From positions 1 through 52,621 of IMG/VR virus record IMGVR_UViG_3300025769_000167: a stretch of DNA of 52,621 nt. The stretch is one strand, 5' to 3'. The notes under the pieces were generated by a model. It saw only the letters and a list, made by a program, of their open reading frames with translations. It ran no database searches and had not been told where the DNA came from. This DNA comes from a virus (Duplodnaviria; Caudoviricetes). How positions within the stretch are numbered: the stretch's first letter is position 1; every line of letters starts with the position of its first letter. The translations under genes were made by a program, and so were the position numbers. This document shows positions 35,438-43,916 of the stretch, one piece after another.

Positions 35438-37170
35438 GTGACCTGTTTAGTAAGGAGTTAGGTGCGTTAAACTTACCTACTACTCTTACTAACCTGTCCC
35501 TTATAGGTGACAGAGTTAGGAAACATAAGGTAGTAAGAAAGCATAACCTAACGCCTACTCCTAACAAGAGTGATTTAGTAATAGCTAGTTACCCTTATCT
35601 TAACAAGAAAGAGAGTGCTACTATATCAATCGCTACTGCAATGAAAAAGTATAATCTGTTTGCTAATATGAAGTTCCGTAGCAATGACAAAGTTGCTTTG
35701 CATACGGCACAGTACATGATAGCTCATAGATATGTTGTAAGCGACCAAGGTAAAATACTAAAAGCCATGGCTAATGGTTTAGGTTATAGTGGAAACCACG
35801 CACAAGTTAAGTTAAAAGAAATACTTGAAGCAAGACAACAAGAGGGTGACAACCTTACTGATAACGAGCTGAAGTTCCTTGACTATTGTAGTGTTCACTT
35901 ACCTTACTGTTCAGAAAATCATAACGATAGAATGAGTTCTACTGCTGTTGATATGTTACTAGAAGGTGCAAGTCTTGGAGAGGTAATGAGTTTTCTTGTT
36001 CCTCATACACCTTTCTATATGCACATTAAGAGACAAGAGGTAGTTAGTTACTGTGTTAGTGCATTACGATTGCACTATCCACCTAACTCTAATATACCTG
36101 AACAGTATTTACTTAAAGATGCTAAGCAGTTAACAGATACTGTTTCTCAACTGTTCAATATATGTGCTCATGCTAAGTCATACGTAAGAAGCCTACAACT
36201 TGTAGGAGAATACAAGTGGCATAGTGAATTACAGAGGTACAAAGGACGACCTCTTAGCAAAACACAGTTACGTAGGAGAGTTAATAAGGTAGTAAGAATA
36301 TTAACTCTTAAAGACTTAGACTATTGGGATAGGAAACGGATGTCTAAGTATGGATTTGCTGATAAAGATGGCGACTTAGATACAGAACAATCTATTCAAC
36401 TAGCAAGTGATGAGTATTTAGAAATGCTCCTTAAACAAAGCTTGACTGATGTTGATGATACTGTATTAACATTGCCTGATAATCTTAGCAAAGAGTTAGC
36501 TGATAATATTAAAGACTCAGCACAACAATACCATGACAGAAACCTTATTGATTACGCTATGGACGAAGGTGGTGTTCATGGTGTAGCTAAGATAAAACCA
36601 TTTGTTCCTAATCATAGGATACAAAAAGCAATTAGAGAAATTACTAGACGTAGTAGTGATACAGGTGTAGTGCCTAAGAAAATGTATCGCTTAACTACTG
36701 ATAGAAAAGTATTCAATGTTAAGTCTACTACCCTAGGTGGTAGCTTAATGATTGACTTTAGTGGCTCTATGAGTTGGAATGAACAAGATGTAAGAGAAGT
36801 AATTGACTTACTTCCTGCTGCTAACATAGCAGGTTACACAGGTTATGGTTACAAGAGAGATGACTGTGATGGCATGATAGAAGTAATTGCTAAAGACGGC
36901 AAATTAAATACTAAAGCTATTAGTAATCTCTATGAACATGGGTACAACTCTGTTGATTTAGATGCACTTAAATGGTTAGCTCAACAACCTGAGCCACGTA
37001 TCTGGATTAGTGACCAACAAGTTGTAGGTGTAGGAAGTGATGGTAGTGCTAGAAACTTACCATTAGAACTACGACATGAGATAGCACAGTTCATGATAAA
37101 GAATAATATAATCCCTATCAAGGCTAAAGAACTTGTTAAAAGATTAGCAAAACAATTAGCTAAACGCTAA
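35434..37170 (+). CDS. von Willebrand A (MIDAS) domain protein, partner of the MoxR ATPase
   Basis: LMIDFSGSMS (DxSxS) and WISD motifs in C-terminal part; adjacent to the AAA gene. Confidence 0.75.
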   Translation: MSDLFSKELGALNLPTTLTNLSLIGDRVRKHKVVRKHNLTPTPNKSDLVIASYPYLNKKESATISIATAMKKYNLFANMKFRSNDKVALHTAQYMIAHRYVVSDQGKILKAMANGLGYSGNHAQVKLKEILEARQQEGDNLTDNELKFLDYCSVHLPYCSENHNDRMSSTAVDMLLEGASLGEVMSFLVPHTPFYMHIKRQEVVSYCVSALRLHYPPNSNIPEQYLLKDAKQLTDTVSQLFNICAHAKSYVRSLQLVGEYKWHSELQRYKGRPLSKTQLRRRVNKVVRILTLKDLDYWDRKRMSKYGFADKDGDLDTEQSIQLASDEYLEMLLKQSLTDVDDTVLTLPDNLSKELADNIKDSAQQYHDRNLIDYAMDEGGVHGVAKIKPFVPNHRIQKAIREITRRSSDTGVVPKKMYRLTTDRKVFNVKSTTLGGSLMIDFSGSMSWNEQDVREVIDLLPAANIAGYTGYGYKRDDCDGMIEVIAKDGKLNTKAISNLYEHGYNSVDLDALKWLAQQPEPRIWISDQQVVGVGSDGSARNLPLELRHEIAQFMIKNNIIPIKAKELVKRLAKQLAKR

Positions 37171-37184
37171 CTGTTGCCGACTAG

Positions 37185-37222
37185 AAAGAGAGAGGTGTCC
37201 TTCCACGCCTCTCTTTTTTTTT
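37185..37222 (+). terminator. Rho-independent terminator
   Basis: AGAGAGGTGT..ACGCCTCTCT stem plus T tract. Confidence 0.8.
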
Positions 37223-37230
37223 GTATATTA

Positions 37231-37301
37231 TATGCATATGCATAAGTTCTTTTTATTTTTTTTTCATATGCATATGCATACGCATAACCATATGATATAC
37301 T
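37231..37301 (+). promoter_or_regulatory. Two TATGCATATGCATA palindromes plus extended -10 (TGATATACT), leaderless promoter
   Basis: Palindromes at 37231-37244 and 37267-37280; -10 ends 6 nt before ATG at 37308; no SD. Confidence 0.6.
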
Positions 37302-37307
37302 GTTTGT

Positions 37308-37550
37308 ATGAGTAATATAGAAAACTTGCTTACAAAAGCACTACAGGGAAAACAAGGAGGAGTAACTCCTTGGTATGAGAATATATCTAAAGAAGCTAAA
37401 CCCTTCATTGATGGTATAGAGCAGATGATAAAAGAAGGAAAGAAACCCAACGCATCAAGCGTAACAAGAATACTTAATGAAGAGTTAGGTGTTAAAGTTA
37501 GCCGTTCACGAGTAAGTGCATGGATGTATAAGTTGGATGAGAATGAATAA
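37308..37550 (+). CDS. Small HTH-like DNA-binding protein
   Basis: ASSVTRILNEELGVKVSRSRVSAW winged-HTH-like motif. Confidence 0.6.
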   Translation: MSNIENLLTKALQGKQGGVTPWYENISKEAKPFIDGIEQMIKEGKKPNASSVTRILNEELGVKVSRSRVSAWMYKLDENE

Positions 37551-38586
37551 AGAGTTAGCAAAACTATTAGCTGAAGCAGAAAGCAACACTATTAAAGAGC
37601 TAAAAGATACTAATGTTAGATTACTTAAACAATTAGAAAGAGCTAAGGATAAGAAAGCTGACCTGATTGAAGCAGTATATAGTGCGGCTAAAGATGGTAT
37701 ATCAACACTTGATATACCTACTTTAAAAGCTCCACCTAAAAGTAAAAAGAAATACAAAGATGAAGAGATTTGTGTTCCTTTATTAAGTGACATTCAGTTA
37801 GCTAAGACAACTCCTACCTATAGTACTGAGATAGCAGAGGAGAGAGTGCTACGTTATGCTGATAAGATAATTAAAATTGCACGCATTCAGGGTGCAAACC
37901 ATAAGGTAAGAAAGTGTGCAGTGTTAGCACTCGGTGATATTGTAGAGGGAGAACTTATATTTCCTGGACAAGCACATCTTATTGATAGTTCCCTGTATAG
38001 GCAGGTCACTGTTGATGGTCCTAGAATACTATACGGTTTCTTTAGTAAACTATTAGCTGAGTTTGAAGAGGTAGATGTTTACTGGGTTATAGGAAACCAT
38101 GGCTCTCTAGGAGGTAGGGCAAGAAAAGACTACAATCCTGAGAGTAATGCTGATAGAATGTTAGGTAAGATATTGGAAACTATGTTTACTAATGAGAAAC
38201 GTATTAAGTTTATAGTACCAGATAACAACTGGTACTTAGTTGCTGACCTCGGTAGTAAATCTAAGTTCCTTTGCTTTCATGGAGATAACATTAGAGGTAG
38301 TATGGGACTACCATTCTATGGATATAACAAAAAAATTCTAGGATGGAAAGCTCTAGCTTCTAACGGATTAATGGAGGATTTCACTCACGCAGTCTGTGGT
38401 CACTATCATACACCTACTAATTTGTATATCAACGATATACGTGTATGGATTAATGGTAGTACAGAATCACATAATGGATATGCATTAGAACAATTAGCCA
38501 GTATGGGTAGACCATCACAGCATTGTTTGTTTGTTAAGCCTGACAAAGGTGTGACTGCTGAGTATTTAATAAACCTAGAGGAGTAG
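37543..38586 (+). CDS. Calcineurin-like metallophosphoesterase/nuclease (start re-assigned to MNKELAK)
   Basis: LSDIQL, GDIVEG, GNHG, HGD and GHYH motifs. Confidence 0.85.
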   Translation: MNKELAKLLAEAESNTIKELKDTNVRLLKQLERAKDKKADLIEAVYSAAKDGISTLDIPTLKAPPKSKKKYKDEEICVPLLSDIQLAKTTPTYSTEIAEERVLRYADKIIKIARIQGANHKVRKCAVLALGDIVEGELIFPGQAHLIDSSLYRQVTVDGPRILYGFFSKLLAEFEEVDVYWVIGNHGSLGGRARKDYNPESNADRMLGKILETMFTNEKRIKFIVPDNNWYLVADLGSKSKFLCFHGDNIRGSMGLPFYGYNKKILGWKALASNGLMEDFTHAVCGHYHTPTNLYINDIRVWINGSTESHNGYALEQLASMGRPSQHCLFVKPDKGVTAEYLINLEE

Positions 38587-38587
38587 T

Positions 38588-38722
38588 ATGTCGCACATAT
38601 GTGTGAGTTGTGGTGATGCTTTATACTGTTACATGGGGTTTTTGCAATGCACTAACCCTATGTGCAGAAGGTATAAAGTAAAACAATTTACTTTAAACGT
38701 AGAGACATCTAAAATAAAATAA
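38588..38722 (+). CDS. 44-aa zinc-finger microprotein
   Basis: MSHICVSCGDALYCYMGFLQCTNPMCRRYKVKQF...; GAGGAG SD; not in ORF track. Confidence 0.65.
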   Translation: MSHICVSCGDALYCYMGFLQCTNPMCRRYKVKQFTLNVETSKIK

Positions 38723-38742
38723 CAATTAAGAAGGAGGAGCTT

Positions 38743-39507
38743 ATGGGCTTTGATTTAAACAGTTACGAAACAGTAGAGGATAGACTAAAAAAGTTTTGGT
38801 CTGAATATCCTAACGGAAGAATAGATACATACATACAGAACATGGCTGATGATGGTACTTGGTGTGTCGTAGGAGCACATGTGTACAAAGATATAGAGGA
38901 TGAACGCTCAGTAAGTTCTGGCTATGCACAAGAATTTAAAGGACAGGGTGGCTTTGCTAATAAAGAAGCATGGCTAGAGAACTGTGAAACTTCTGCAATA
39001 GGTAGAGCTTTAGCTAACTGGAAGTACCAAGGTAGTGATAAAGCTAGACCATCAAGACAAGAAATGTCTAAGGTAACGCAGGGTAAAGCCCCAGTCAAAG
39101 AAAGTAAACCTACACCACAGGTAAAGAAACAAGCCCCTGTACAAGATAAAGTTGGTGGTCCAATTAAAATATTAACAGATGCAGGGTTTTCTATAAAGAC
39201 AACAGAACATGATAACGGTACTGTTGCTATAGATAACGTAGGTCTATGGTGTACATGTGGTGGTGGTGTGCAATACATACCATCAAGTGAAAAGAAATCA
39301 GAAAGGTCTCCTGACTTTAGATGCATCATGGCTAGTAAATGCACGACTGGTGACACTGTGGATGGAAAAGTATTTTCTAAATCATGGTGGGTTGATAACA
39401 AAGTTACACCCAATGCATGGAATGATTATGCTTCAGCTATAAATGGTGTTGTATTACCTAGTGCAAAATCTTTGGATGATGTTAAACCTGGAGAAGTACC
39501 CTTCTAA
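38743..39507 (+). CDS. Rad52/Sak-like ssDNA-annealing protein with C-terminal Zn-binding domain
   Basis: YETVEDRL..YPNGRI..LENCETSAIGRALA; CTC..C..C; ends EVPF. Confidence 0.55.
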   Translation: MGFDLNSYETVEDRLKKFWSEYPNGRIDTYIQNMADDGTWCVVGAHVYKDIEDERSVSSGYAQEFKGQGGFANKEAWLENCETSAIGRALANWKYQGSDKARPSRQEMSKVTQGKAPVKESKPTPQVKKQAPVQDKVGGPIKILTDAGFSIKTTEHDNGTVAIDNVGLWCTCGGGVQYIPSSEKKSERSPDFRCIMASKCTTGDTVDGKVFSKSWWVDNKVTPNAWNDYASAINGVVLPSAKSLDDVKPGEVPF

Positions 39508-39516
39508 TTTATCGAA

Positions 39517-39558
39517 AGCACGAGCCGAGGCAGAAAGGATAACATCCTCGGCTATGCT
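39517..39558. terminator. Hairpin between convergent operons (bidirectional terminator candidate)
   Basis: AGCCGAGG/CCTCGGCT stem between the stop codons at 39507 and 39566. Confidence 0.6.
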
Positions 39559-39565
39559 ATTTGAA

Positions 39566-39853
39566 CTATTTGCTAATTTGTTTTTTAGCGTATGTCTTGA
39601 CAACTGCTAGTGCAGCACCACCACCAGCTAACGCAGCTAACTCTAAAGTATTTGCGTCAACGGATATTAAAGGTGCGACAACTAAAGCTCCAAGGAATGC
39701 TTCAACGAACGTCCATAATGTTCGTTCCAACATATCTTTTAAGTCTTCACTCATCTTATACTCCCACGAATCGGACCAAGGTGTCCACGCTACATCCTTC
39801 TTGAATGTACCATCTTGGTTTCTTGCTCTCTTTGATTTCTCAAACAAACTCAT
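39566..39853 (-). CDS. Holin (r1t-like) with N-terminal extension
   Basis: LERTLWTFVEAFLGAL plus second hydrophobic helix and basic tail; follows endolysin candidate. Confidence 0.65.
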   Translation of the reverse strand: MSLFEKSKRARNQDGTFKKDVAWTPWSDSWEYKMSEDLKDMLERTLWTFVEAFLGALVVAPLISVDANTLELAALAGGGAALAVVKTYAKKQISK

Positions 39854-40446
39854 TGTATCAATCTACCTTTCAACATGGCGTTAGTTTTAATAACATTACC
39901 ATTGATTTCTTGTAGTTTATCAAAGACTGTGCTAGCTAAGACAGTATGGTCTTTAGCTTTATTATCAACAGTAGGTTTACTTTCTAATAATTTATTTATA
40001 GTTGTGTACTCAATACTTACTGGCTTACCTTGTAGTAATTCACCTGCTACTTTTCTGTACATTTTCTTGTACGCCACAGCACTTGAACCTATGAAGCCGT
40101 CCTTAGATACATCTAAATCTTGTTGACTTTCTCCGACAATAAGACAACCCGAAGTATGCTCATCGGTGTTGCCAGTGTGTATCAGTATATAAGTAAAGTT
40201 AGGTACGTTCTGTACATGAAGCATACCATAGTGTGCGTTCTTGTATCTCTCTGTGTACTTAGCGTGGAATCCACCAGTCTTTCTAAACTCTATTGCGTAT
40301 TCACCTTCAGGTATGCAGGTCTCATGCATAACTTTTACTACTTGATACTGGTCTTCTAATGTATAACATTCAAATAAACCATCTATAAACAACAATCCGT
40401 TGGTAGCATCTGTACCAAATTGTGTCCTAACTACTGTGAGCTTCAC
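39850..40446 (-). CDS. DUF5675-family putative endolysin (L,D-transpeptidase-like)
   Basis: CYTLED, CIPEGEY and VPNFTYILIHTGN..TSGCLIVG motifs; GGAGG SD. Confidence 0.75.
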   Translation of the reverse strand: MKLTVVRTQFGTDATNGLLFIDGLFECYTLEDQYQVVKVMHETCIPEGEYAIEFRKTGGFHAKYTERYKNAHYGMLHVQNVPNFTYILIHTGNTDEHTSGCLIVGESQQDLDVSKDGFIGSSAVAYKKMYRKVAGELLQGKPVSIEYTTINKLLESKPTVDNKAKDHTVLASTVFDKLQEINGNVIKTNAMLKGRLIQ

Positions 40447-40514
40447 TTAAACCTCCATATTTACAGTGACACATAGTTACATGTGTTCCATTCTTATCTA
40501 TATAAGTATAGCAT

Positions 40515-40556
40515 TTATTTTGTGCCACAACATCCACCACCACAACATCCACTCAT
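40515..40556 (-). CDS. 13-aa Cys/Gly micropeptide (MSGCCGGGCCGTK)
   Basis: AAAGGAG SD; ATG 1 nt after the upstream stop. Confidence 0.4.
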   Translation of the reverse strand: MSGCCGGGCCGTK

Positions 40557-40557
40557 G

Positions 40558-40746
40558 CTACTCTCCTTTCCTAAATCCTATTGTTAATAGCCATACAGCT
40601 AATGTAATTAGGGTAGCAAGTCCTGTCACTTGTTGTGCAGAACCAGTCAATGTTAATGTTGCAATAACTAAACCGACAAGAGTCCAACTAAGGTTAAGTG
40701 TTTCCTTAATCGCATCTATTATCCAGTTGCCTAGTTTTTTAAACAT
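40558..40746 (-). CDS. Small two-TM membrane protein (lysis-block accessory)
   Basis: 62 aa with two hydrophobic helices; AGGAGAGG SD. Confidence 0.65.
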   Translation of the reverse strand: MFKKLGNWIIDAIKETLNLSWTLVGLVIATLTLTGSAQQVTGLATLITLAVWLLTIGFRKGE

Positions 40747-42451
40747 TACCTCTCCTATATATAAAAGCAGCCATAGTAGCTATTCTAGTCAGAATTACAG
40801 GGACTACAACTTCTTGAGCTTTTTCCTTTTGGTCATTAGTCATGTCATTACCTATCTCACTAAAGTTTATGTCCTCTATATCAATGTCTATAAAAGTTTG
40901 TATTGGGTTTTCTATGAAGGTTTCAAACTGTACCTCTGTTACAACGTCAGCTAATGTATAGTTCTCTACGTCTGTATTTTCTACAGCACGTGCAACGTAC
41001 TCTTCTACTGCTTCAGCTATAACCTCATCATCTTTAACAGACTCAGCAATGATAGCTACATCTGTTGCTTCTACTTGTAATACTTCTGCTACAACTTCTA
41101 TCTGTTCTTCAGTAAGTTCTTCAACATCTGCAATAGCTTCTTCTACAACAGCTTGTACTATCTCTTGTACTTCTTCAGTAGCTTGGTCTAAGTTCTGTAC
41201 ACCGACATCATTAACTTGTTCTAGTACTTCAACAACTTCTTCAACGGTAGCTTCTACTACTACAATGTTTTCTATAATTTCTTCTACTTCAGCTACCTCA
41301 ACTGCAACTTCTTCTTCAGTTAGTTCTAAGGGTTCTTCATCTTCCACTCTTGGTAGTGTTGTGGTTGGCGTATCTTCACTAACAACTTCCTGTATCGGCT
41401 CATCCAAAACTTCCTGGACATCCTCTTCAATCTCTTCATCTATAATCTCCTCTTCTATTTCATCTTGTATTGGTATTTCCACCACGATTTCGGGTGCAAT
41501 GTCTTCCAAATCAAATTCAATAATCTCGAACTCAATAGGTAGTTCTTCAAATTCCAGTACTTCTTCTTCAATAACTTCCTCTTCAGGTGGGTCCAGTACA
41601 ACAACATCATCCTCAGGAATGAGGACATCCACATCTTCTTCAATCTCTTCAACGATTACCTCCTCCTCTATAATATCATCTTCAATATTTTCTTCAATAG
41701 GTTCTGGTATATCACAATCACCACGCTCTATCTGTGCATTAGTCATAAAGCAACCAAACATATCTTCATTATCTATACGCTCTTGGTCACGCTCTATGGT
41801 GCCATCATTGACGTCAGCTTGTGTGTAAGTTTTATCAACACCTTCTACCACTATATCTACAATAATTTCTTCAGGTGTAGGAGGTGGTGGAGGTGGAGGT
41901 GGTGGTGGAGGTGGAGGCAAAGTAGTAGTAGTGGTAGTAGTGGTTGGAGTAGGAGTAGCATAAGTAATAGATATATCATCTAGTCCTACATAGTCACTAT
42001 AAAAATTAAGGTTTATTTCTTTTATAAATTTGCCTGATGTTTCTGTATAACTAAACTCTTTATCTTCCCAAGCAGGACTTTCATCAGGTTTATTAGCAGT
42101 AAATGTATTAGCTATCCATCCACTATCTGTGTCATCTGTATATAAATACTTTATATCCCAGTCATTGTTAAGCCCACTAAGGTCAACAGCAAAAGTTTGT
42201 ATGTCTGTTCTTTCCCACCATAATCTAAGAACATATCCACTACCTGAATTACGATTGTATTCTAAACAATAACCATCACATAAATGAGTACCATCATAAA
42301 GATTTGTTACAGAGTTTTCTGCACCACCACTATCGTAAGATATTACAGATGTCCAACCATTTTCATCAAAAGATTCTGTGACTGTTGTTACTTCATTTGC
42401 AAATACAGGTGTGGGTATTAATAAGAATAATGCAAGACATAGTCTCCACAT
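40739..42451 (-). CDS. Secreted, C-terminally anchored, highly acidic surface protein
   Basis: Signal peptide (..PTPVFA), beta domain, T8-L-P13 linker, Glu/Asp/Val/Ile-rich stalk, hydrophobic C-terminus plus RR. Confidence 0.65.
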   Translation of the reverse strand: MWRLCLALFLLIPTPVFANEVTTVTESFDENGWTSVISYDSGGAENSVTNLYDGTHLCDGYCLEYNRNSGSGYVLRLWWERTDIQTFAVDLSGLNNDWDIKYLYTDDTDSGWIANTFTANKPDESPAWEDKEFSYTETSGKFIKEINLNFYSDYVGLDDISITYATPTPTTTTTTTTLPPPPPPPPPPPPPTPEEIIVDIVVEGVDKTYTQADVNDGTIERDQERIDNEDMFGCFMTNAQIERGDCDIPEPIEENIEDDIIEEEVIVEEIEEDVDVLIPEDDVVVLDPPEEEVIEEEVLEFEELPIEFEIIEFDLEDIAPEIVVEIPIQDEIEEEIIDEEIEEDVQEVLDEPIQEVVSEDTPTTTLPRVEDEEPLELTEEEVAVEVAEVEEIIENIVVVEATVEEVVEVLEQVNDVGVQNLDQATEEVQEIVQAVVEEAIADVEELTEEQIEVVAEVLQVEATDVAIIAESVKDDEVIAEAVEEYVARAVENTDVENYTLADVVTEVQFETFIENPIQTFIDIDIEDINFSEIGNDMTNDQKEKAQEVVVPVILTRIATMAAFIYRRGNV

Positions 42452-42618
42452 TACATTACAAGTGCTGCTACAACTCCACCTATTGCTACAATTAAAGTTA
42501 GTACTTTATAAAATTCTGCTTTATCTAGCTTTGCATCTAGCTTATCTTCTATTTTGTCTAGTCGTTCAATAACCATATTAAGAAGTTCCTTTTGTGTATA
42601 GCCATTGTTGTTTGTCAT
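42451..42618 (-). CDS. 55-aa coiled-coil plus C-terminal TM protein
   Basis: MTNNNGYTQKELLNMVIERLDKIEDKLDAKLDKAEFYKVLTLIVAIGGVVAALVM; abuts or overlaps both neighbours. Confidence 0.7.
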   Translation of the reverse strand: MTNNNGYTQKELLNMVIERLDKIEDKLDAKLDKAEFYKVLTLIVAIGGVVAALVM

Positions 42619-42756
42619 TTATGGTAAATCATCTCTAGATAGGAAATCCCATTCCTTATCTATGTTACTATCTAGGTCGTAGTTGCTTATTCTTTTAAGA
42701 TAAGAACTAATTTCTTTTAAAAAATAACCTAGTAAAAATCCAATTATAAAATCCAT
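42619..42756 (-). CDS. 45-aa small membrane protein
   Basis: MDFIIGFLLGYFLKEISSYLKRISNYDLDSNIDKEWDFLSRDDLP; leaderless after TGTTATAAT. Confidence 0.65.
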   Translation of the reverse strand: MDFIIGFLLGYFLKEISSYLKRISNYDLDSNIDKEWDFLSRDDLP

Positions 42757-42762
42757 TCTTGG

Positions 42763-42771
42763 ATTATAACA
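42763..42771 (-). promoter_or_regulatory. Extended -10 promoter (TGTTATAAT), leaderless, for lysis block
   Basis: 6 nt before ATG at 42756; same motif at 20..28. Confidence 0.65.
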
Positions 42772-42775
42772 CAAC

Positions 42776-43498
42776 TTAATCTTTTTTTAATTTATGATAC
42801 CCACTTTTAAATGTATAAATAACTTTATACAAATTAACTCTTACATCTAATAAAAATTTTTCTCTTTCTTTTTTATTAGTAATCAATTTATATTTATTTT
42901 TTAATCTTTTATAAGGAACTAAATAACATATTGGCTCACCTGCTTTAATAAGTATCTCATCCTTATCTGATGTGTATAGTAACTGTGCATTTATTTCATT
43001 ATGTACATCTGTTCTAACAACTCCATAAGCTATTGTCCAATCAGGATTATTAGCATACAACATAGGAAACTGTCTTACACTATATCCTTTAGGTGTTTTA
43101 AATTTCCAAGGAAGATTTAATTTAAACACTGCTCTTATATTTTTATCACCGTAAGGGTCACGAAATTGTTCATGGTCGTGAAACTCTACATCTACTGCTT
43201 TTTCTAATCTAGTTTCCCACTGCCATTCATTGTCAAAGTTATATAATCTTATCCATATATCACAAGGTGCAACTACAACAAGACCTTCATCAAATATTTC
43301 ATGGAAACTAGGACATCTCTTAACAGTTCTTAATCCTGGTTTCTTTTTAGATTTAAACTCATCAGTATTTGAATCTGTATGTGCATCTCCAGGAGTTTTT
43401 TTAAACCATTCAGGTATAAATTTTTTTCCTGGTTGTGGTTGTAATTCTTCTATATGTAGTAATTCTTCTAAAGTAGAAGTATATTTTAATATTGTCAT
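42776..43498 (-). CDS. Conserved hypothetical (DUF6065-like, possible dUTPase-like fold) protein in tail variable region
   Basis: IPEWFK, TVKRCPSF, FKLNLPWKFKTPKGYS, GVVRTD and IKAGEPICYLVPYKR motifs. Confidence 0.5.
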   Translation of the reverse strand: MTILKYTSTLEELLHIEELQPQPGKKFIPEWFKKTPGDAHTDSNTDEFKSKKKPGLRTVKRCPSFHEIFDEGLVVVAPCDIWIRLYNFDNEWQWETRLEKAVDVEFHDHEQFRDPYGDKNIRAVFKLNLPWKFKTPKGYSVRQFPMLYANNPDWTIAYGVVRTDVHNEINAQLLYTSDKDEILIKAGEPICYLVPYKRLKNKYKLITNKKEREKFLLDVRVNLYKVIYTFKSGYHKLKKD

Positions 43499-43520
43499 GT
43501 TTCCACCTTTTTTAATTAAA

Positions 43521-43916
43521 TTATTCTACCCAAGTTTGTGTATCTTCATCCCAAGTATAAGGGTGTGTATCGCTATTGTCTAGTAGAAAAGGATGTGTAG
43601 TTGGAGGTTTCCATGACCAGTCATCAGTATCTAAAGTCCAACTAGGATAGGGTTTTTGTCCATAAAAAACATCATTAGTAGGGTCATATACACAACCTAC
43701 TCCTGCATAGTTTCCTCTAAATGGGGTTCCACCATCTGTATGTGTATTTAAAATTGTATTGACAGAAGTTCTTTTGCAAGTTTGTCCTCTAAAATCTCCA
43801 TACCATTCTTCCCAAGAACTAAAACCTTCAGGTAAATCATCTAAAGCATCTTCTTCGTTACCTACAATAACTTCAGTAACAATATTATTTTCATCTAAAA
43901 ATGCGTAGTGTGCCAT
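43521..43916 (-). CDS. Tail-fibre-associated protein (start re-assigned to MAHYAF)
   Basis: AFLDENNIV..RTS.N..FRGNYAG.G..YD...D.F...PYPSWTLD...W.PP..YTWDE; family that follows Gly-rich fibres. Confidence 0.65.
   Translation of the reverse strand: MAHYAFLDENNIVTEVIVGNEEDALDDLPEGFSSWEEWYGDFRGQTCKRTSVNTILNTHTDGGTPFRGNYAGVGCVYDPTNDVFYGQKPYPSWTLDTDDWSWKPPTTHPFLLDNSDTHPYTWDEDTQTWVE

Noticed and set aside
41049-41828. 259-aa Ser/Thr-rich + strand ORF
   Set aside because: Antisense shadow of the GAA/GTA-rich acidic protein; no SD; low complexity.
41876-41958. GGT/GGA/GTA trinucleotide repeat tract
   Set aside because: It simply encodes the Thr/Pro linker of the 570-aa protein.
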